Shown: one piece after another, positions 58,692-64,000 of the stretch
Position numbering within the stretch: position 1 is the first letter of the stretch
Layout of the letters: each line of letters starts with the position of its first letter
Assembly: GCA_002010065.2 (NCBI GenBank)
Contig: MTMD02000002.1
Coordinates: forward strand, 32,001-96,000
Origin: Candidatus Pyrohabitans jungbluthii
GTDB lineage: Archaea; Hydrothermarchaeota; Hydrothermarchaeia; Hydrothermarchaeales; BMS3B
Direction: 5' to 3'
DNA: 64,000 bases
Notes under the pieces: generated by a model
Told to the model about the DNA's origin: nothing
Seen by the model: the letters and a program-made list of their open reading frames with translations, nothing else
Database searches by the model: none
Made by a program: the position numbers and the translations under genes

Positions 58692-58799
58692 TCAACACTC
58701 CTCCGACACCCTCACCACGGTCATGCCCGGCAGCAGCCCAACTGTTAGAGCAACCTCTCTGAACTTGTCCATAAACTCCTCTACAATTTTTCTGCTCAC
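58692..58799 (-). CDS. 35-aa microprotein candidate
   Basis: GTG after GGAGGGGG; MSRKIVEEFMDKFREVALTVGLLPGMTVVRVSEEC. Confidence 0.45.
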   Translation of the reverse strand: MSRKIVEEFMDKFREVALTVGLLPGMTVVRVSEEC

Positions 58800-58932
58800 A
58801 CTACCCCCTCCTATGGACGTGCACGCACTCATAGTAATAATATTCAATATACTTTCACATATTTAAAACTTTTGTGAATGTATATTCACATAATAAAAAT
58901 CTCTGCCCAGGTGTGGGTTGATTTAAAAAGTC

Positions 58933-60003
58933 ATGCACTACCACCTGCTGCTCACCCAGCGGTGCAATCTTAGGTGCAGCTACTGCGGTGGCACTCGCGA
59001 TGACGCCGAGCACATGGAGATGGAGTATCCCCTGGAGGTGCTGCGCAGCTTTATCGCTCAGGACCCTGACCCTGTGATCGCTTTTTACGGCGGCGAGCCC
59101 CTTCTTCGCGTTGATTTGGTGGAGGAAGTTATGGATACCATACCAGCGAAGTACATCCTGCACACCAATGGGATCCTTCTCCACAGGATTAAACCACACT
59201 ACCTGCGCAGGTTCCACACCATCTTAATCTCAATAGACGGTCGCCGCGAGGTTACTGATGCGTACCGCGGTGAGGGAGTTTATGACAGGATAATAAGAAA
59301 CGCCCGCAGGATAAGGAGGCACTTCAGCGGAGACCTTATTGCAAGAATGGTGGCTTCGCTTAGAAGCGACATCTATGAGGATGCGCTTCACCTGGCGAAG
59401 CTGGGCGTCTTTGACCACGTGCACTGGCAGCTTGACTTTGAGCTTTTCTGGGACGGTGGAAGCGAGACTACGCGGGAGTGGCTGCGCAGCTATAACTCCG
59501 GCATAACAAGGCTGGTTCATGCATGGGTTGAGGAGATGCGCCGCGGCGAGGTGCTCGGCTTCGTGCCATTCATAGGGATTACAAAGACTCTGCTCTCCCG
59601 GAAGCCAACGAAGCTGCGCTGCGGCGCCGGCGTGGACTTCTTTGCAATTTCGCCAAGCGGTGAGATAACCCTGTGCCCAGTAACGCCGGAGTACGAGTTC
59701 ATGCGCGTGGGCAGCATCTTCACCACTGCGCCAGAGGAGCTGCACAACTGCGCTTCGCCGGGCGAGCCATGCGCTAGCTGCGATTTGCTCTGGGTGTGCG
59801 GCGGACGCTGCCTCTTCATAAACCTGGCGAAAGAGTGGGTGGGCGAGGAGGGCTACGCCTTAATATGCTCCACTGTGCGCCACCTTGTTAATGAGCTTGA
59901 GGCAGCGCTGCCCGAGATTAAGAAGCTGATAGGCGATGGTGTGATTTCAGCCAGAGTCTTCGACTACCCGGAGATAAACAACGACTGCGAGGTTATCCCT
60001 TGA
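58933..60003 (+). CDS. Radical SAM/SPASM protein, AF0577/TIGR04084-like (putative peptide-modifying)
   Basis: CNLRCSYC, FYGGEP, HVHWQLD, LRCGAG, CASC..VCGGRCL, C-terminal CEVIP. Confidence 0.88.
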   Translation: MHYHLLLTQRCNLRCSYCGGTRDDAEHMEMEYPLEVLRSFIAQDPDPVIAFYGGEPLLRVDLVEEVMDTIPAKYILHTNGILLHRIKPHYLRRFHTILISIDGRREVTDAYRGEGVYDRIIRNARRIRRHFSGDLIARMVASLRSDIYEDALHLAKLGVFDHVHWQLDFELFWDGGSETTREWLRSYNSGITRLVHAWVEEMRRGEVLGFVPFIGITKTLLSRKPTKLRCGAGVDFFAISPSGEITLCPVTPEYEFMRVGSIFTTAPEELHNCASPGEPCASCDLLWVCGGRCLFINLAKEWVGEEGYALICSTVRHLVNELEAALPEIKKLIGDGVISARVFDYPEINNDCEVIP

Positions 60004-60029
60004 TAAAAACATCAGCGGTTGTTCGGCTC

Positions 60030-60569
60030 TTATCTTAGCAGCCCATCCCCCTGCTCAAACCCCATATGAAGCGCCTTTTTGTTTAGCTCTTCGGTACCCT
60101 TGGGCACGCTCTCCAGCACCGCCTTCTCTATCGCCTCCCTGCTGACTATCCCCGTAATAGAGGTTAGCGCCCCAAGCATTATTATGTTGGCGACGATGGT
60201 TTTGCCCAGCTCGCGCTTAGCGAGCAACGTTGCAGGTACCGCAAACGCCTTGCCCCTTTCGGGTGGGGTTTTGATTAGCGAGGAGTCGTAGATAACTGTG
60301 CCATCCTTCTTAAGGTCCCGTATGTACTTCTGCATCGCCTGCCCCGACATAACCACAAAGATATCCGGGTTCAGAACCTTGGGGTAGAGTATCTCCTCGT
60401 CGCTTATTATCACCTCGCTCCTGGAAGCGCCTCCTCTCGCTTCAGGACCATAGCTCTGAGTCTGAACAGCATTCTTGCCGTCGTGGATGCTCGCCGCCCT
60501 GGCAAGGATTATACCCGCTGTGACGATGCCCTGCCCACCGAAGCCTGAGAAGCGAACCTCAACCCTCAT
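60030..60569 (-). CDS. korC: 2-oxoacid:ferredoxin oxidoreductase gamma subunit
   Basis: SGFGGQG, QSYGPEARGGAS, ANIIMLG. Confidence 0.93.
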   Translation of the reverse strand: MRVEVRFSGFGGQGIVTAGIILARAASIHDGKNAVQTQSYGPEARGGASRSEVIISDEEILYPKVLNPDIFVVMSGQAMQKYIRDLKKDGTVIYDSSLIKTPPERGKAFAVPATLLAKRELGKTIVANIIMLGALTSITGIVSREAIEKAVLESVPKGTEELNKKALHMGFEQGDGLLR

Positions 60570-61575
60570 GCTTCACCAGCTCCTTCTCAATCTTCTCCAC
60601 ATCGCCGCCCAGCTCTATCATGCGCCTTATCTTGGGCGAGCCCAGCTTTGCTATAACCTCAAGGATGCGCTTCCTCGCCTCGCGCAGGCGCTCCTCTTCC
60701 TCCTTGCGCTTCGCTGCGCGCTGCTCAGGCGTCAGCTTCTCCTCCTTCTTTTCAATGCGCTTCTCCTCTTCCTTCACCAGCCCCAATAGGCGCACCAAGC
60801 CAGGGCGGTCGCGGTCCACGAACTCGCCCACCACAACCTTTGCGGAGAGGTCAACGCCCTGCTCCTCAAGCTCCTGGGCGTGGTGAAGCGCAACAGTATT
60901 CTCCTTGTACCAGCGCAGCATATCCACGGCGGTGCGCAGCTTGTTTCTCCTGCCAAGTGCGGTAGGACACTGGGTGAGCACCTCTACTAAGGTGAACCCC
61001 TCTTTGGTCAGAGCCTTCTTTATCGACTCCTTAATCTGCAGCGGCGACGCGGTGCTCCACCTCGCCACGTAGTTCGCCCCGGCAGCAACGGCGACTCTTG
61101 CTATATCCATCGGAGGCTCGGCGTTGCCATACGGCGAGGTTGTGGTGCGCCAGCCGCGCGGCGTAGTAGGCGAGACCTGCCCGCCTGTCATGCCGTAGGT
61201 GTAGTTGTTGGAGCAGATTACAGTCATGTCTATGTTGCGCCTAGCAGCGTGGAGAAAATGGTTGCCACCTATGCTCGCCATATCGCCGTCGCCTGTTATA
61301 ACTATAACCTTGAGCTCAGGGTTGGCGAGCTTTATACCCGTGGCAAAGGCGATGGGTCTACCGTGGGTGGTGTGCAGAGAGTCGAAGAGCAGGTAGCCAG
61401 GTATTCGTGAAGAGCAGCCGATACCAGAGACGAATACAATTTTTTCCCTAGGCAAGTTCAGCTCCACTATCGCCTCGAGCAACGCGTTGACTATTATGCC
61501 ATCGCCGCAGCCCTCGCAGAGTATATGTGGCAAGCGGTCGCGACGAAGCAGTGGCTCTGAAGGATGCATGCTCAT
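60559..61575 (-). CDS. korB: 2-oxoacid:ferredoxin oxidoreductase beta subunit
   Basis: CEGCG, SGIGCSS, HGR, GDGD, YGMTGGQVSPTT, QCPT. Confidence 0.95.
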   Translation of the reverse strand: MSMHPSEPLLRRDRLPHILCEGCGDGIIVNALLEAIVELNLPREKIVFVSGIGCSSRIPGYLLFDSLHTTHGRPIAFATGIKLANPELKVIVITGDGDMASIGGNHFLHAARRNIDMTVICSNNYTYGMTGGQVSPTTPRGWRTTTSPYGNAEPPMDIARVAVAAGANYVARWSTASPLQIKESIKKALTKEGFTLVEVLTQCPTALGRRNKLRTAVDMLRWYKENTVALHHAQELEEQGVDLSAKVVVGEFVDRDRPGLVRLLGLVKEEEKRIEKKEEKLTPEQRAAKRKEEEERLREARKRILEVIAKLGSPKIRRMIELGGDVEKIEKELVKHEG

Positions 61576-62693
61576 TTCAGCGCCTCCACAAACTTAACAA
61601 TCTCTCGCGGAGTGTGAAGCTCCCCGCCTATCTTGGGCAGGAAGTGCACATCTCGCTTAGCGCAGCGCTGCACTTCTCTGAGAATCTGCCCGAGGTTCAT
61701 CTCCAGCACCACAAGCTTTGCGCGGCGCGCAAGCTTCGCCAACAGCTTTTCCGGGAACGGGAAGAGGGTTACCAAGCGTAGGAGTCCTGCCTTAATCCCG
61801 CGCTTTCTCAACTCTCTCACCGCAGCTAGGGCTGAGCGAGACACAGCGCCGTAAGCGATGAGCACCACCTCTGCGTCGTCCAGGTGGTGCTCCTCCACCT
61901 TGATAATTTTATCAGCGTTCTTCTCAATCTTCTCCACCAGCCTGCGCACAAGCCTCGCATGCACTTTCGCATCGTTCGTCGCAGGATAGCCACGCTCATC
62001 GTGGGTTAAGCCAGTGACATGCACATTATAGCCCCTGCCAAACACCTGCATCTTGGGCACCAGCGTTTTGGGGTCTGGTTTGAAGTAGTATCTCGCGCCC
62101 TTTTTACTCAGAGGCGCAGTGAAGGTTTCCACCTCCTCGGGAAGCACCACCTTCTCCCGCATGTGACCGACGATCTCGTCTGCCATTAAGAAGGTGGGAA
62201 CGCGGTAGCGCTCGCTCAGGTTGAAGGCCTCAACGGTCAGGTCGAACATCTCCTGCACGCTGTTGGGCGAGAGCGCTATTATTGCGTAGTCGCCGTGAGA
62301 GCCAAAGCGCGCCTGCATTATGTCGCCACTCGCGGGCATCGTGGGCTGCCCTGTGCTAGGCCCGCCGCGCTGCACATTTACTATAACGATAGGCGTCTCA
62401 GTCATGGCGGCGAAGCCGATGTTCTCCATCATCAGCGAGAACCCAGGACCGGAGGTGGCAGTCATCGCCTTGACGCCTGCCCATCGCGCTCCAATTATCG
62501 CGGAGATTGAACCAATCTCGTCCTCCATCTGGATGAAAACTCCGCCCACCTTGGGTAAGCGCTGCGCCAGCCACTCTGCCACTTCAGTGCTCGGGGTTAT
62601 TGGGTAGCCGGCGAAGAACCTGCACCCAGCGGCGATAGCGCCTTCAGCACAGGCGATGTTACCCTGAAGGAAGCGCACTCCAGCCATGTGCAT
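61572..62693 (-). CDS. korA: 2-oxoacid:ferredoxin oxidoreductase alpha subunit
   Basis: YPITPSTE, QMEDEIG, ATSGPGFSLM, QRGGPSTG, EMNLGQ. Confidence 0.95.
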   Translation of the reverse strand: MHMAGVRFLQGNIACAEGAIAAGCRFFAGYPITPSTEVAEWLAQRLPKVGGVFIQMEDEIGSISAIIGARWAGVKAMTATSGPGFSLMMENIGFAAMTETPIVIVNVQRGGPSTGQPTMPASGDIMQARFGSHGDYAIIALSPNSVQEMFDLTVEAFNLSERYRVPTFLMADEIVGHMREKVVLPEEVETFTAPLSKKGARYYFKPDPKTLVPKMQVFGRGYNVHVTGLTHDERGYPATNDAKVHARLVRRLVEKIEKNADKIIKVEEHHLDDAEVVLIAYGAVSRSALAAVRELRKRGIKAGLLRLVTLFPFPEKLLAKLARRAKLVVLEMNLGQILREVQRCAKRDVHFLPKIGGELHTPREIVKFVEALK

Positions 62694-62956
62694 TATTCAT
62701 CTTCCTCCTCTGCGTAAATATCTATGTCGATTGCAAAGTCTGGGCACATGTCCTGGCATAGCGAGCAAACCTTGCGCTTCAGATGCTTACTCACCTTGAG
62801 CTTTGTGCACCTCTCTGGATGGGCTACAATGGGCACAAAGTACCCCTTCTCGTTAGGCTCCTCTGCCGGCTCGAAAACCTTCATGGGGCAGAATTCTATA
62901 CAGATATTGCATCCCTTGCAGTACTTCTCATTTATGGTTATTTTGCCCATGCTCAC
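62693..62956 (-). CDS. korD: 2-oxoacid:ferredoxin oxidoreductase delta subunit (ferredoxin)
   Basis: CKGCNICIEFCP and C..CSLCQDMCPDFAI. Confidence 0.92.
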   Translation of the reverse strand: MSMGKITINEKYCKGCNICIEFCPMKVFEPAEEPNEKGYFVPIVAHPERCTKLKVSKHLKRKVCSLCQDMCPDFAIDIDIYAEEEDE

Positions 62957-63408
62957 ACCTGATACATCTCTATTACCACGTGGGAAGAGGTCTCTTCTAC
63001 ACCTTTGAGCCTGGAAGCGCCGTCAAGGAATTCGCGAAGCTTCGCCGCAGCTACGACAGCGATGACGTCGTACTCGCCAGCCACGCGGTATACGCGCTCC
63101 GCAGGCAGAGAGCGAAGCTTGCGGTACGCCTCGTCTCGGTAGCGGGGCTTTACCCTGAGGAGCACAAAGGCTTCCTCGCCAAACTTGCCGATTTCAGCCA
63201 AGGCTTTGTCGGTGAGGTCTATGAAACCTCTGCCCGTGCGTATTAAACCTCGCTCGCGAAGCTCGCGAAGGTGGGCGCTTAACGCCTGCCTACTTATGCC
63301 AAGCTCTGCCGCAAGCTCCGCCTGGGTTTTATGCGTTGAATGAACTTTGAGGCTGCGCGCACTCTCATAAAGTTTACGCAGCACCTGAAGCTGCTTCTCA
63401 CTTGTCAT
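62953..63408 (-). CDS. Lrp/AsnC-type regulator heading the kor operon
   Basis: TQAELAAELGISRQALSAHL HTH; YRVAGEYDVI AsnC ligand domain. Confidence 0.9.
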   Translation of the reverse strand: MTSEKQLQVLRKLYESARSLKVHSTHKTQAELAAELGISRQALSAHLRELRERGLIRTGRGFIDLTDKALAEIGKFGEEAFVLLRVKPRYRDEAYRKLRSLPAERVYRVAGEYDVIAVVAAAKLREFLDGASRLKGVEETSSHVVIEMYQV

Positions 63409-63427
63409 GGCTTCACAACTTTACTTT

Positions 63428-63480
63428 TGTAAACGTTTGCTTGCTAATTGTAAAGCTTCGCAAGTGTAAATATTTTGGCA
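63428..63480. promoter_or_regulatory. Three TGTAAA-based imperfect palindromes upstream of the Lrp-kor operon
   Basis: TGTAAACGTTTGC (63428), TGTAAAGCTTCGCA (63449), TGTAAATATTTTGGCA (63465). Confidence 0.45.
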
Positions 63481-63555
63481 GTGTTCGGCTGGCGGTGAAC
63501 AATTTCGCGGGGTTTATATAACCATAGGCACAAGGTAACATCGAGGTGTGGAGAT

Positions 63556-64000
63556 ATGAGAGTGAGGGTTGTCGTGCTCATCCTGCTGATACTTGCCGCA
63601 GGCTGCGCAGCAAAAGCACCAAAGCAGGATATGGCGGTTATGCCGGAGCCGGCGGTAGGCGGGGAGGTGGTGAGGGAAGAAGCGATGAAAAGCCGGGGGA
63701 TAGGTTTCCCCGAATTTCAGACCACAGAGGCGGAGCCTACAGCCGAGCCTCAGATCGATAGGAAGGTTATAAAGACCGCGTATATTAAACTCGAGGTGAG
63801 CGATTTCGACGCTGCGGCCAGCGAAGTTGAAAGGCTCGCCTATGAAGCAGGGGGCTACATCTCTGAGTCCAATTCCTACGTCACGCCGAGCAACCACAGA
63901 CGAGGCACTATAACAATTCGCGTTCCTGAGAGTAGCTTTGGAAGTATTATCCAGGAGATAAGAAAGCTGGGCAAAGTTGTGTCTTACTCTTCGTCGGGCA
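63556..64000 (+). CDS. DUF4349-domain lipoprotein (runs off window end)
   Basis: Manual translation MRVRVVVLILLILAAGC...RKVIKTAYIKLEVSD...GGYISES...ITIRVP. Confidence 0.88.
   Translation, partial: MRVRVVVLILLILAAGCAAKAPKQDMAVMPEPAVGGEVVREEAMKSRGIGFPEFQTTEAEPTAEPQIDRKVIKTAYIKLEVSDFDAAASEVERLAYEAGGYISESNSYVTPSNHRRGTITIRVPESSFGSIIQEIRKLGKVVSYSSSG

Noticed and set aside
1-64000. Many long antisense or alternate-frame ORFs (e.g. 4222..5004, 15105..15809, 57827..58561); also searched for CRISPR arrays, rRNA, IS elements and Sec/Pyl read-through
   Set aside because: Shadow ORFs lie opposite well-supported genes and lack motifs; no repeat-spacer array, rRNA, transposase or convincing stop read-through was seen

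Overview
Gene-dense archaeal chromosomal segment. Evidence: TFB, Gar1, Alba, RadB, archaeal ThrS, SecDF, geranylgeranyl reductase, Mch, HARP and a class III signal peptide protein. It probably comes from an anaerobic euryarchaeote-type organism; the lineage cannot be fixed from the sequence alone. Most genes are housekeeping, with one tRNA-Cys(GCA), several small AT-rich islets and a korDABC-type oxidoreductase operon. I found no CRISPR array, rRNA, integrase or transposase. The standout locus is 49.2-55.6 kb. It holds a tightly coupled six-gene operon: IscS paralog with Arg replacing the PLP lysine, TusA, IscS, IscU, IscU paralog with an extra Cys, and a NadA-fold [4Fe-4S] protein whose quinolinate-synthase substrate residues are rewired. 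Directly beside it lie a TetR/DsrE/TusA/DsbA unit with a perfect 16-bp palindrome and the tRNA-Cys gene. Together this may be an undescribed sulfur-relay/Fe-S system. Other leads are a possible HemE + AhbD hybrid heme route, an orphan A/V-ATPase subunit I, a repeated ATAAGGG-N11-CCCTTAT motif, and several microproteins missed by the ORF track. All family calls come from motif recognition by eye, not database searches.
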